64,000 nt of DNA. It comes from Octopus bimaculoides. Taxonomy: Eukaryota. The DNA lies in contig NC_068981.1 in the NCBI RefSeq assembly GCF_001194135.2, positions 43,732,378 to 43,796,377 on the forward strand. The letters are read 5' to 3'. Made by a program: the position numbers and the translations under genes. The notes under the pieces were generated by a model. It did not search any database, was not told where the DNA came from, and worked only from the letters and a program-made list of their open reading frames with translations. Shown piece by piece: positions 12,481 through 26,576 of this stretch. Numbering within the stretch: position 1 is the first letter of the stretch; each line of letters begins with the position of its first letter.

Positions 12481-13093
12481 AAGGGGCTTGTCTCACAGAA
12501 CATTTCTGGTTACTTTTGGGTACCCTCTCGTATATATATATATATTTATTTATGTAATAATGTATGTATGTATAGAAAAAGAGAGAGACACACACACACG
12601 TATGCACATAAGTCAAGGAGGAGGATGAAGTTAACAATATAGCATAAGTTTTATATTAATTATAATTGTTCCAGTACGATTCCACTTCAGACCACATTAC
12701 ATATAAACAATTATGTATGATAAATTACAGAACCTCTGTGCACATTTACCCATGATTGAATAGCATGAAGTAGCACCTCATCAGATATTTACCAAACTTT
12801 GATATTATACATTGTATATGTATATGTGAATATATATGTGTATGTATATATATATATATNNNNNNNNNNTATATATGTATATATGCATATGTATATATGC
12901 ATATGTATATACGCATATGTATATATGCATATGTATATATGCATATGTATATATGCATATGTATATATGCATATATGTATATGTATTTATGTATGTATAT
13001 GTATCTATATATACGTATATATATATATGTATTTATATATATCATCATCATCATCATTTAACGTCCACTTTCCATGCTAGCATGGGTTTGACG

Positions 13094-13130
<37 letters not shown>

Positions 13131-13149
13131 ATAATCACATGTTGCCTGG

Positions 13150-14165
13150 TTACTTTGCAGAGAATAGAATACTTGAGGCGGTCATTTATGTTTGTCTTAT
13201 TCGTTTTCCACCTCTCTTGCATTTTCTTCATCTCTTCTGAGATTCTTCCACTAGTCCCTCACTGGCTTGCAGTTTTTGCATTCCATATGCAGTTTTTTAT
13301 TTCTTAATATTCTGGACCAGAAAATTGTAGTTCTCATTGTTCAAGTTGATTCCAAATTTCCTTCTTAATAACTTCATGTAACTGTTTCACACCAAGGGGC
13401 TTGATCTGCTGGTTTTTCATTGAGATATACAAAGCCTTTTTATCTTTGATTTTATCGATCACAATCTTTGCCCAGAACAAGTGATGATCATTGCCTGTAT
13501 TGAATGACATTACCAATGAGATGTGCTGCATTATGCCCCAGGATGTAGTCAATTTCATCCTCGTGCTGAGTGTTTGGAGCTATCCAGGTTTCTCTCTTTG
13601 CAGGTTGCTTCCTGTATAGGCTGTTCCCAATGTAGAGTCTTCTTATTTCTGTGATAGCAACCAAACGTTTTCCTCTTTTGTTTTTCTTTTCTGATTCAAA
13701 CTTACCAAAATATTTCTCTCCTTATCATCTTTTTCTAAGCTTTGTGTTGTAATTTCTCATCACTATGGCATTAGTAGACAGGTGAGCTAACACTTTCTCT
13801 AGTACTAGATAGAATTATTCCATTTCCTCATCATCACTTGTATTTGTGGGATGATAGGTCTACAGGGTGGCTTGTTTTTGAGAAACGATTGCTTAGTACT
13901 CTGATACATGATGAAGGCAATTGTCAAGAAGCAATTTTTGAAGCCTATTCTTTGCTTACAATGAACCCTGTATCACCTGTTGCTCTTACAGTCTGCTTTT
14001 CCCAGTCTCACAACACTTCCATCTGTCCATCTCACATTTATTTCCTTCCTTTGACTTGTTTCACTGAGTCCTAGAACATCTCATTTAATTTGCTTTTTCT
14101 CTTCCATTAAATGGGTCATTCTTGTTCTCCCTGCCAAAGACCTGCAGTTGTAGGTACTTATGGCA
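13150..14165 (-). mobile_element. RTE-clade LINE AP-endonuclease region, degenerate
   Basis: Minus-strand translation: ISTYNCRSLAG..DVLGLSETSQRK (APE N-terminus), LYIGNSLYRKQPAKRETWIAP..EIDYILG, and NTGNDHHLFWAKI (SDH-like C-terminal motif). Confidence 0.85.
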
Positions 14166-15251
14166 AAGGTTGTTATCTGATTCTTTGGTGGCCTTATTGG
14201 TAGCTGCAATTCTTAGCAGCTTCAGGTCACTGAGATTTTATTCTGCCACCATAGAGCAGTCTGATTGATCTGTAAGATACTGAGGTCTATTTTCTTGCCT
14301 TGTTTTAGCTTTTAACATGAAGCCACTTTGCTGGCTTGGTGGGCAGGTCATTTATTATCCCTTAAGTTTATGTAGCTTCTAACTCTAGTGAAAGATTACA
14401 AGCTAGCTTCCACAAGGTAGTCTTTCCATATGGTTAGTCGTCCAGTATCTTTTTAGCTTCGTTGGACCTGCCAGAACATATGCCCCTCTACCACAACTAC
14501 TGAACAGCCATTGCATAATATAACACCAGATAATTCTACCAACAAGAAAAATCGTTTATCAAATACTTTTTTCAAAACTAGATACCAAAAACTGTACAAA
14601 GAAGACAGGAACATTAAATACATGTTCCATATCTCTCATGTAAAGTCATTTATTGCTTGATCAGAATTTTATTTCCGTCATTTGATCTGTGTTTTACATA
14701 CTAAAAGACAATAAATTCCAAAACCTCAAAATCACAAGTAGTTACCTAAGGCCTGAAAAAATTTCTGCTTTTCCTATTCTGTTATTGTTGCTAAAATACA
14801 GATGGCTAATATTTTTAGAATCATGCAAGGAGAACACTATCAGAAATGTTCTCACAATCAATACATGCTGTGTCTACATTTTTCCCCCCTTTCTCCTTCA
14901 GTTTTCAGCTATGGACTCATTGATCAATAACTATTTTATGGATTCATTTAACGAACCCTTGCAAAACAGAAGGTTTTTCTTCATCAGAGGACATTTTGTA
15001 GATAGGGTTTTCTACATTGTTAAAACTTAGGTGCTGGGAGTTAGTATTTCTTTACAATTGAGTATTAAGATAATTTGATTTTGTTCCCTGAAGAGCCATT
15101 TGGATATTGTGGTTAATGATTGTGAATACTGTTTGTCACCACCTGAAGTTTGTGACTTTGCAGTTTTGAAATAGTTTATATTTAGTAGTATTTACGTCAG
15201 TTCTTTTATTACTATTGCCAAAATTGTTTCAATATGATTTTCATTGCTTAG

Positions 15252-15348
15252 TCAGAGGAGGAAGGGTAATGTTCATGGTGTTATTGCCAAACCTACATTG
15301 GAGGTAGAATATGAAGAAGAAACCTGGCGTCTTGACTTTCTGCAATGA
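15252..15348 (+). CDS. Possible terminal coding exon of an unidentified gene (QRRKGNVHGVIAKPTLEVEYEEETWRLDFLQ*)
   Basis: Acceptor-like TGATTTTCATTGCTTAG at 15251, 31 open codons to TGA, then about 1 kb of AT-rich DNA without recognisable repeats containing AATAAA (15543). No homology recognised and no partner exon found. Confidence 0.2.
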
Positions 15349-17178
15349 CAAGCATCATATCAAGATCATAAGAGACCTGACCTGAATGCTTCTAAGTTAG
15401 TGGGTTTCATTTTAGGTAACTAAATGCCATATTGTGTCAATTAACCAGATAACAAATTAAGTCAGCCACCAACCCTCAGTAACCACATATATTCACATAT
15501 CAATATATTTTATAGCTTTTTCTCTTGTTAATGTATTTATGTAATAAATATATTCAATATCTATTTCACTTGATGATATATTGTCTCAACAGATTTCTTG
15601 AATTACTCTATTGAGACAAAATTAATTCTAAATATGAGATATCATAAATTTATATTATTTATATTATATTTGTACTTCTATTTTAGTACAAAGGCATTAT
15701 AAAACGTGTTCAGCTTAAGACTGCTTAAAACGTTTCTTCTTTTTACTTTGCAAGTAACCTGGCTCTTTATTTAGATTGTCAGTATTTCTTTCAGATATAC
15801 GTTCACTTTTACTGAGAAACTACATTTTGCGTACTTCGTATGCATGAAATTTAAAATACCCACTTCCTTTTTAACTATAAGCTGAATGCTACAAAGGCTT
15901 AATTTTGTTTTCTATGTTATGTTAATTTCTGCATTGAATTTGTCTGAGGTTGATTAAATTTGTGCACTGTCAGTGTCTTTACATTTAGTTCTTAGTTTAG
16001 TAATTTGTATCAATGCTAGAAATATATAACTTATATTAGACAATGTAAAATTAAATTATTTCATTACTTACATTTATGTCTATAAAACATTTCATCAAAT
16101 GATTTTGGTTTCCTTTGTTAATATTTTAATGGATATTAATGGATATTTTTCAGAGCTGTGAAGAAGCAGTGTCAGTTGTTATTCTTTCATCCCAGTGTGG
16201 AAATATTATTTCATTATTGTGATTGTATAATCTACTACTTTCAATGCCCTTGTGATAAATAAGAAAAAGCATTGACATTATAATTATTATCAATATTATT
16301 GTTGCTGTTATTGTTATATTCTTACTTGTTATTGTTATATTCTTATAGTACAAGATATGAAGTGAAGTCAATTAAATTAACTTCACTGTCTACAAATTTT
16401 GAACATGTACTGAAGTTAAAAACCTTCACTGTTAGTATCTTCTAGTTGTCGTTGGTGTTAGGTTGCGGATTGGTGGAACCACTAGAACATCATAACAAAA
16501 TATTCTTCAAGTTCTGAGTTCAAATCATGTCAAGATCAACTTTGCATTTCATCCTTCCAGAAACAATAAAATAAGGTTCCAGTAAGTATCAGGGTTGATA
16601 TAACTGACTAACTATTGACTAACATAAATGCTTCTAACATAGGCAGAAGGGCATAAATTTGTTTTTTTTACCTATTTTAGAAACAACAGCAGCAACAAAT
16701 TAATATTGCTATTATTACTAAGTGAGAGAGGAGTGCATGCCATCAAAGTGACACTGGGGTACAATTATACAAAGCCCAAAGGGGCATCATGACTACATCT
16801 TTCTATTTTCTTGTTTGTTTTCTTTACAGTAAGAAATGTGAGTGATACAAGAATGATGAGAGGGGTGTGTAAGAACAAGATGAGCGACAGGAAAACACAG
16901 TATTCAGAAATTAGAAAACTCCAGAAGGATGTTCTTAGAATAATTTGGTGTTAAGAAGAGTCAAATTTATTGCAAAGTTCAAGTTGAATGGAATTTTAGA
17001 ACACTGTTATTAATCCATTAAAACTTCAAATGAAAGTTTGAAGATTTGGAAATGCAATTTGATTATATAATTTGTGTTATATAACTAATAATCAGTCTTT
17101 GTTAATGAAATGCTTGGAAGATGGTGTAACTAAATATTTTATGAACAAAATCTCATGTTTTGCTTTGTTTACACACAC

Positions 17179-17231
<53 letters not shown>

Positions 17232-18992
17232 TATGTGTGCTTATAAATATATCCACATTTTGTATTGTATGTATAAATCTTGTTAATAAAGAAAGGATTA
17301 TTCTTACCATTAAATATTCTCAACGTGCCACAGTAAAATTTCTATGTTTCTTTTCCATATGTGTGTGTATTTACACAGTCAGATATACACACATGCACAC
17401 ACATATATGTAAAGATTTTTTTTTTGCTTGAGTTAGAGATAAAATTATAGTTAAATTTAAAGTTTGAAGATTCTGAAGTATATTTAGAAATGAAGACATA
17501 ATATTTTAATCTTGGCCTATGAAGATGCCTAATAGTGGCTAGCTGCAAGTTCATTCCGTAGTAAAGTAATTAATACTAATATCAATGTGGTAGGGCTGTT
17601 TGAAACTCTCTCATTGAAGAAAACGTTTGTTTATGTTGTTAATGTAGTTTCCTTTGAAGAGAGAGATATCTAAAGTCTGTTTAGATCTGATAGCTGAACT
17701 TAAATTAGTTTATCCATTGAATCTACACTATAAAATTAAGAAACTAATAATAATTCTTCTTCTGAAGTGAATTGTTTTTCTATACGTATGATCTAACTAT
17801 ATAAAACAAGACATTGACATAAAGAAGATTATATTGTAGTGCCTACAGAAGCAAAAGTAGCTTTGAGGTTAAGATGCTAGAATACTAAATTCAATGGCAG
17901 TTATAACCATCATATTGTGGCTGTATGGAAAGTACATTATTGCATTTGTCTGAACAATAAGTGCTGCTCTTACTTCTCGGATGACTGGTTAGTTTCTTCT
18001 AAACAAGATATCAAGCAGAACCATTATTATGTGCTCTATGAATTCTTATAAAAATATCCAAACTTTCCATTAGTCTATATTAGAGAAAAGTACGCCAAAC
18101 TTTTAAAATCATTACACAAAGGATTCTTGAGGATGAGTCTTTTGAATTTAAATATAGAATAGTAGAGATAGGATTTGAGACATTTTCTGACAAAATACAA
18201 ATATTAATTTCTTTTGACATAGGCACAAGGTCAGGTTTGTTCTTAAGGTAGCAGTATACTAAAATTGATTCTAATAGCATCTTCAGTTTACAGCCTTCTG
18301 AGCTATGTCTGATATTCGTTTTCAATTAAGTTGACTTGAGCAATGTGAAGTGAAGTATCTCACTCAAGGATATAATGTGCCACTTAGTCTAAGAATTGAG
18401 CACAAATTGACTCCATTCAGATTTGAACAATAAGTTTCAAACTAAATTCTTTACAGCATTTAGACTGATGCTGTAATATTTCTGCTAATAACCTTTGTTA
18501 GAAAACTTTCAGAGTAGAATAACATGTAGAAAAGGCTGTTGTAAAAGCTCTTGTTTGATATTTAAAATCGTAAAACATTCCAATTTGAAGCATGGCAATG
18601 CTTTTTGAAATAGTTTTAACTGCTATATTCAATCAATCATACAACTACATCTGAGTTCTCTTCTTAATCTAATGTTTTATTTATTACTCGTAAGCAAACT
18701 ATTTTTGTGGATTTATACTTTTCTGGTTTTATGATTAATTATAGTAAAATATCTAAATAGAAAGTAAGATATCTAAATAGATTACGATTAATGCAGTATA
18801 TATAATGTGGCCATTATCCTAACAATATATGAACTTTATATTTTTATCAAATATTTCTTGCTTAGATCTTTAGGATCATTAATGAAGGAAAAAATTGTTT
18901 GCAAAAGAAATAATTTTTGTATGGTATTATCATAGAAAGAAAGAATTTATATAATTTTAAAGAAGGGAAACTCATTAAGCTACTGTGGAAAT

Positions 18993-19215
18993 ATGAGAGG
19001 CTTAATTGAACAAGTTTTAATTTTATGCAGATCAGATGATTGGAAATTGTTTATTGATTCTATAAAGAGAAACATGAATGCATTGCTATTGGAAATTAGA
19101 CAATATATACCTTCTAAGCTTTTAAGACCTTCTGTACAGCTGTCTGAAGTAAATGAGAGCAAGGACCTTCTGTCAGGAAGAGTAAAGTGTTTTGAACACA
19201 ATTGGTTGGGTCATA
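18993..19215 (+). mobile_element. DNA-transposase fragment, tentatively Chapaev-type (CMC superfamily)
   Basis: DWKLFIDSIKRNMNALLL..PSKLLRPSVQLSE..KDLL..VKCFEHNW resembles the W-R-L-F-I-D-S-S-K-R-S-L-K-A-V-L-L-H motif of this transposase group as I recall it. The superfamily assignment is unverified. Confidence 0.6.
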
Positions 19216-19485
19216 CTTACTTTATATTAACTGTATTGCTTTTATCTTCTTTTGGTCTCAATTTTGCCTCTTCACACCACCTTCAAGTATTCTGCTCTTT
19301 TTGCTGTATATCAAAGATATGAAACTCCATGCATTGAAATCCTGTCCAGTAAAATTTACTCTGCTTTAACTTTTTAAGCCCATATTTTAATTGTTCTTTT
19401 ATTAAATTAAAGTATCTTCAAAATTTATTGCTGATTTGTCAACGGTCTTATTTGATACTTTTAATTGTCCAATTGAAACACTATG

Positions 19486-19697
19486 CACCAAAATACTGAA
19501 GTACTGTGGCTTTTACCACTCTTATTTTGCTTGATATTTTTAAGTTGTCAAATAAATTCGTTTGTTTTTCCTATTTCTTTGTCTAATTGCCACCAAGATA
19601 CTGAAGTACTGTGGCTTTTACCACTCTTATTTTGTTTGATATTTTAGGTTGTCAAATAAATTTGTTTGTTTTCTCCATTTCTTTGTCTTTTTGCCAC
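19486..19697. repeat. Two-copy tandem duplication, 105-bp unit
   Basis: CACCAA(A/G)ATACTGAAGTACTGTGGCTTTTACCACTCTTATTTTG starts at 19486 and at 19591. Confidence 0.9.
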
Positions 19698-21204
19698 TCC
19701 ATCATCATCTCTGAAAAGATGTAAAATTTATTCAAATTTCAAAAATCATTAACAAAATCTGTAGAGGAAGAATACAGCTACAAAACTCCATAAAACATTA
19801 CAATAAAACATTTTCCTAGTTAACTCAAACAACATTGGAAAGGATTAATATTGACTGAAAAAAAACCCCAAAAACCAAATGAATATATATGACAACCCAA
19901 TAGAATCATTGTTATAATTGATATTTCTTCCATGTTTCAACCTTGTTTCCTTTCTAAAGTTGTATATTAAGCTGAATGATGTTTCTACTCATCTTTCTTA
20001 TTTTCTTTTAAGGAATATGAAGTTGTTTAGTTATTCAGTTGTTTTTCCCAATCTAACCACAAATGTTCTAAATATCTATCAATTTTCACAGAAGAAATAA
20101 AGTTAAAAAGAAAATAGAAGGTGCTGATGATACAAAGTGAAACTACTCAATCATAAATGAAACTGTCATAGTAAATCAATTTGTTGCAGAGTTGATGAAA
20201 CTCAAAAGTAAAGACGACAAATATTCTTAATGCTCTTGAGATAGGCATGAATGTAGCATAATCTCAATTTCTTCCTTTTATAATGCTATAATTTTGTGTA
20301 GATGTAAAACAATCAATATTACATTCTTATTATCTTCAAAGAATTCTATCAACAACTTGGCTTTCCATCAACTTTGTGTCCAGTTTTATTTCCATTCTGT
20401 GTAGTGTTGTTCGAGATAATGGACTCCCTTCGTGCCTCTTGCTGTTTTATGAAAATTAACCCAATATGAGGTTTAAAGTATTTGCATAATGATTTGGCTG
20501 ATTGTATTTAGGATTTTATACATAAACTATATGGTTTTCACTTTATCTGACCTCATATCTAAATATTAATTCAGAAATAAATTTGAATAAAACATTAAAT
20601 GTAAATATATTGTCAAGTATCTAAATATCTATTTTTACATAAATAGTAATATTATGACAGCATGAGTAATACTTGTCATATTGTTTCTAATACATTCTGA
20701 GGTCAAGTGAGACTGTTAACTGTATTGATTTGTATGCGATAGTTGTTGATCACTGGATGAAAGTATCAACCATTATTATGATTGTTTAAGAAATTACTTT
20801 TAATGATTCAGTTCTAATGATTTGTTTTAATTTATCTTCAGAGCTAATGAGTTGTGGAAGACAGATAAAATTCATCTAAAATTAACAAAAATGTAATAAA
20901 ATTGTATATAATGATGAGCTGCATTCAAAATGATGAGAAAACAGAAAACTAAAACAAAAAAGAAAGAAAAGTCTGTTTTAAACTTCTCACTCTTTGACAT
21001 GCTAATTTAACAATAATATTAATTATTAGATTGTCTGCCAAATATATATATATATGCATATATGTGTGTGTGTGTGTGTATATATGTTTATACATACATA
21101 TATATGTGTGTATATGTATGTATATATATGTATGCATATATATATGTGTGTGTGTATATATATATATATATGTTTGTACACACACACACACACACACACA
21201 CATA

Positions 21205-21420
21205 TATTCTTTTACTTGTTTCAGTCATTTGACTGCGGCCATACTAGAGCACCACCTTTAGTCGAACAAATCAACGCAGGACTTATTCCTTGTAAGCCTA
21301 GTATTTATTCTATTGGTCTCTTTTGCCGAACTGCTATGTTATGGGGATGCAAGCACACCAAACACACCAATTGTCAAGTGATGGTGGGAGAACAAACACA
21401 AACACAAAAATACATACATA
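21205..21420 (-). mobile_element. SINE family B, 3' half
   Basis: Reverse complement of the 3' region of the copy at 42047 (TTTACTTGTTTCAGTCATTTGACTGCGGCCAT..GAGCACCACCTTTAGTCGA). Confidence 0.85.
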
Positions 21421-21542
21421 CGTACACACACATATATATACATATAGATATATATACACATACAAACACACACAGACACACATATATACATATGTGTGTA
21501 TGTGTGTGTGTACATATGTGTGTATATATATAATATATATAG

Positions 21543-21792
21543 ATGGCACGTAAAAACACCATTTGAGCGTGGCCGTTGCCAGTACTGCTGGACTGGCCCT
21601 CATGCCAGTGGCACGTAAAAAGCACCCACTACACTCTTGGAGTGGCTGGCGTTAGGAAGGGCATCCAGCTGTATAAACTCTGCTACATTAGATTAGAGTC
21701 TGTTGTAGCCATCCGGTTAGCCAGTCCCCAGTCAAATCGTCCAGCCTATGCTAGCATGGAAAGCGGACTTTAAATGATGATGATGATGATGA
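21543..21792 (+). mobile_element. RTE LINE 3' UTR/tail
   Basis: GCACGTAAAAAGCACCC..GGCGTTAGGAAGGGCATCCAGC..GCATGGAAAGCGGAC..(ATG)n. The same tail follows the RTE C-terminal coding region at 59845-60442. Confidence 0.85.
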
Positions 21793-22562
21793 TACATGTA
21801 TATGCGGTAAGCTCCCTACAGCTGGGACATAGTCAGATCACTAGTGATTTTGTATTTGATTAATGTTTGTCAGTGGCTCTTTCATGACCTAAGGTTGTAT
21901 TTTTACATACAGTATGTATATAGTGTGAATTTGTGAGTATGTATATAAAACATCTTTATATTTTTTATTATCATTACTGTTATAATGAAATCAAAGTGCT
22001 GAACTTTATATAATGAAGTACTAAGTTGAACATTTGTTGACAACGTTGCACTCTCCTTGTGTCAACCAACTAAACAGAAATTAAATGTTACTTCAATTTA
22101 ATTTCAAAAATGAAATATCTAGCTGAAAGCTGTAGTGTGATGTCAAGTCTATGACAAAAGGAGATGACCAAATGTCTGAAATAGTTCACTTTGCTTGTGT
22201 CTGTGATTTCAAATGACAAACTATAGCTGGGAGGTATGGGTTAACACACCACTAAAGCATGATGTAAAAATGAAAACAAAATCTTTGGTAATGACCCAGT
22301 CATCACATTTAAGGTTCACATGAGGATTTACATCAGATTCTAAAATAAAATTGGAAATCAGAATGGAAAAAAATTTTAAATCTTTGAAAATCAATTGCTA
22401 TGCAAATAACCAAATTCTAAATATATCATTTCAATGTGAACATAAAAAAAAGAATAATTGTAAAATGAATTAAATAATTTCAGAAACGTTTTACAGTGAA
22501 ATGCATTTATAATTTTGGGGTATTTTATTTATCATTAGATAATCATAGAAAATGCTATATAT

Positions 22563-22980
22563 AGGTAGGCACAAGAGTGATTGAATGGTAAGAAGCTGGC
22601 TTCCCAACCAAATAGTTCAGTCTCATTGTGTGACGCCTCGGGCAAGTGTCTTCTACTATAGCCTTGGGCAAACCAAAGCCTTGTGAGTGAATTTAGTAGA
22701 CAGAAACTGAAAGAAGCACGTTGCATATATACATATATATATGTGTGTGTGTGTGTGTGTTAGTCTGTCTGTCTGTGTTTGTTCTGCCACTTGACAACCA
22801 CTGTTGGTGTGTTTATGTCTGTGTAACTTGGCAGTTCAGCAGAAAGAGACTGATAGAATAAGTACCAGGCTTAAAAAAATAACAAGAGTATTGGGATAAT
22901 TTCATTCAACTAAAAAATTCTTCAAAGCAGTGCCCCAGTATGGCCGCAGTCTAATGACTGAAACAACTTAAAAATTAAAA
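22563..22980 (+). mobile_element. SINE family B, full length
   Basis: Same head, central block and tail as 8592 and 42047, with an internal (TA)(TG)n. Confidence 0.85.
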
Positions 22981-22989
22981 ATTGAAGAA

Positions 22990-23603
22990 TTTTTTCTACT
23001 TTAGGCACAAGGCCTGAAATTTGGGTAGAGGAGACCAGTCGATTAGATCGACCCCATTATGCAACTATGACTTAATTTATCAACCTCAGCAGAATTTGAA
23101 CTCAGAATGTCACGGCAGACGAAATACCACTAAGCATTTCACCCAGTGTGCTAACGTTTCTGCCAGCTCACCATCTTATATTCTTTTCTACTCTAGGCAC
23201 AAGGCCCAAAATTTTTGGGGAGGATGTTAGTCGATTAGATCAACCCCAGTATGCAACTGGTACTTAATTTGTCAAACCCGAAACGATGAAAGGAAAAGTT
23301 GACCTCTGCAGAATTTGAACTCAGAACATACAGACAGACGAAATACTGCTAAGCATTTTGCTTGGCATGCTAAGGTTTCTTATTTCTTTATTGCCCACAA
23401 GGGGTTAAACATATAGAGGACAAACAAAGGGATTAAGTCGATTACATTGACCCCAGTGTGTAACTGGTACTTAATTTATTGACCCTGAAAGGATGACAGG
23501 CAAAGTCGACCTCGGTAGAATTTGAACTCAGAATGTAAAGACAGACGAAATACCGGTAAGCATTAAGCCTGGCATGCTAACATTTCTGCCAGATCACTGC
23601 CTT
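22990..23603 (-). mobile_element. Three head-to-tail family-A SINE copies
   Basis: GAATTTGAACTCAGAA..CAGACGAAATAC..TAAGCAT occurs three times (~23095, ~23311, ~23519). The third copy has an alternative 3' end. Confidence 0.88.
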
Positions 23604-25664
23604 CAAAAGAATTAAAGAATAAAAGAATAGCTGATATTTTTGTCACAAGTATTAAATTGTCACATGGTGGAGCAGTTAGCTCTCAATGATCTAAATGTTA
23701 AGAAGTATCACAGGGGAGTAAGGCACTTGCTACTCTAAGTGGTTATATTATTGGAAACTTGATGTGTGCATCTTTTAGCTCACTATCTTGTGTTTGATTA
23801 CTGTGCTGTGTTGGTTTATGATAAAAGCATTAACAATGGGATTCTAGGGTACTATTATATTAATTTGGCTCCTACTATTCATTCTTTTACTCAGTGGGGT
23901 TATGTATTTAAATGCCCACCATGCTAGAATGGTGACACCATAACTTGCAGAATGCCCATTCAATTAATTAGTGGTAAAGGACATGTACATTAAGTGTGCG
24001 TGTGTGTGTATGTGCCAATTGCTTTGGTTGATGTGTTTTAAATGTTGAGATTTTGGTGTTTGCTTTTGGTAAGAATAGAAACAGTTGGAAATGAAAGGAG
24101 TTCAATAGGGTAACAAGTCACAGATTGAAATAAATATAGTATGAAAGGCTGGGTGGATGGATGGATGGTTCGATGGCAGAAATCTTTACCAAGTCTGGTG
24201 CAATGAATACATCAAACTGATGTCAGGTGTAATGAGCAAGTTTGTAAAACTAGAACCAAACATAATATAAGAAAATCAGAATGAAGGAAGGATAGTAGGT
24301 AGATAGATAGATACATAGAAAGAGAGGGGGTGAATACCAAGAAAGATGAGAAATGGAAAAGTAAAGTACACGGTATTATAAGTAATAAGATATGTAAAGC
24401 AGGTCCAATGAGATATTGGAAACTTGAAGATTTAATTCTCAAGAAGTCACATTACATCATGCATCAGAGCATGATTATTTCAGTATAATCATCCATTGGC
24501 TGGTTTTGTGATATCGATCTTAACAGGATGGTTAATTAATAGAAAAAGCTATTACTATATCCAATGACACTGGAGAGGCCAAGTAGCTGAGTGGATACAG
24601 TATTAGATGACCAATCATAGATCAAGATTGTTATATACTGCAGTAACTAATTGATTACTTTATACTAAATTCCATCAATTTATCTAATGCTGGGAAGTAA
24701 GAAAGAGATAACAAGAAAATATGGTCTGGCATCCTATCCAAGAAAATAGTTACCTTTTATTTGCTTAATGCTGTGTAACCAGAGTTTGCTTTTAATTTAT
24801 CTCAAGACTTTGAAGGAACTATGGAAGCCTTTATGTGGGTATATGACTTGCAAGAAATAGAAAGTATATGGCCTAGTGATTAGAGTGTCTGGTTCATGAT
24901 CACAAGGTCATTGGTTCTATTCCTAGACTAGATAGCATACTGTGTCCTTCATTTCACTCTGCCCCAGTCTACTCAGCTATAATGAGTACTAGTTAATACC
25001 CTGTACAGTGCTTTTTCCTTCCAGCTGTTGCATCCAGGATATTCCATTTACTTAATAATGAAAGGACCAGCAGTGTATCAATGTTTACTCACAACTACAG
25101 AGACATCTAAAACAATTAGCAAATGCATGGTATATGTTACCAGAACATGCTTGCTTGTGAGTGATGGTTGGCTGTATCTAGAAACTACAGCCAAATTGGC
25201 TTCAAGCCATAACCTACCACTTCAGAAAGTTAGGGGCAGATTTTGTTTCTTTGTTGCATGTAATGTAGTCCAAGGAGGAAGAACAGAGCTTATGATTTAT
25301 TTTTTCAGGACTCTTAAATTAATGAGATAAAGCAAAGAAGTTGTAACCAGAATTGAGGCTTACAACATAGTGAACTTTGCTAAAGATACTCAAGGATCAG
25401 GTGGCAGCATTAAATAACAGATCAAATCTGCTACCCATTGTTTGTAGTTCTATATATATAAGATGAAATAGTTATAGATGGAATGCCAACTATCACAGGA
25501 CATTTTAATCAGGAAGACTGACCTTGGACTAAACAAGAACAAGCCCCTTCAGAACTTGGAAGGCATTCATACAGTCACAAACAGAAACACAACTACAAAT
25601 ATTATGAAAAAAAATAGTGATTACAAGATCACTTCATATATCTAATTCTTTTATTCATTTACTC

Positions 25665-26040
25665 TTCCATCTATTTCAGTCAGTTGACTGTGGTCATGCT
25701 GGAGCACTACCTTAAAGGATTTTAGTTGAACAAATCAACCCCAGGACTTTTTTTTTTTTAAAGCCTGGTACTTATTCTATCAATCTTTTTTGCTGAACCA
25801 CTAATGTACGGAGATGTAAGCACATTAAGACCTGTTATCAAACAGTGGCGGAGGACAAACACAGACACACACACACCCAGAAGCTTCTTTTCAGTTTCTG
25901 TCTACCAAATCCACTCACAAGACTTTGGTCAGCCTGAGGTAATAGTAGAAAACACTTGCACAAGGTGCCACACAGTGGGACTGAACCCAGAAACATGGGG
26001 TCGAAAAGCAAACTTCTTACCACATAGCCATGCCTGCGCC
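25665..26040 (-). mobile_element. SINE family B, full length
   Basis: Reverse complement of the family-B consensus (CAAGGTGCCACACAGTGGGACTGAACCC..CCACATAGCCATGCCTGCGCC). Confidence 0.85.
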
Positions 26041-26576
26041 TAATGTATATATATGGGAAAAGAAATCTTCATTTATGGGATTTATACATTTTAAGATGTA
26101 TTTGCTGTGGAAGCTGAAGAAGTTTTAGACAGATATCAGTATGCAGGATTACAAGCTAAATGAGTTAATGGTATGTATCTCAAATGTAGCTCTGTATCCA
26201 TGGCCAACGTTTTTAACTCCCACAGGTTCAGATCAGCTAGCTGCATAAAGCTACTGTGTAAGGAGTCCACCTATCGCTTTAGCATTTTATAATTAATGAA
26301 TGTTATATTAGCTTGCAGTATTATGTTTGAGTTCTTCTATTGGTTAGGTGTAAGTAATGGTAAAACTATTGCAGTGTTTTGTACTCAAGAGATCAATAAA
26401 TTGGCAAGACTACTAAAAGTTAAATACCTGACTCTAATACTTTCAATAATACCAAGTATAGAAAACAACTACAACAACAATATTTGTTGTAAACTTTACA
26501 TTCTAGTTTAGTTCTATCTAAGTAACATTGTTTAGAAGAAGATATTCATTACCATTGGTAATAAGTATATCATTAA

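Noticed and set aside
14944-15033. Minus-strand peptide with an NPxY motif (NVENPIYKMSSDEE)
   Set aside because: Poor pyrimidine tract, only 29 codons, and no transmembrane or other receptor exon found. A four-residue motif can arise by chance.
16789-16915. Strong acceptor followed by ~40 open codons
   Set aside because: The translation (TRMMRGVCKNKMSDRK) resembles a decayed RTE C-terminus.
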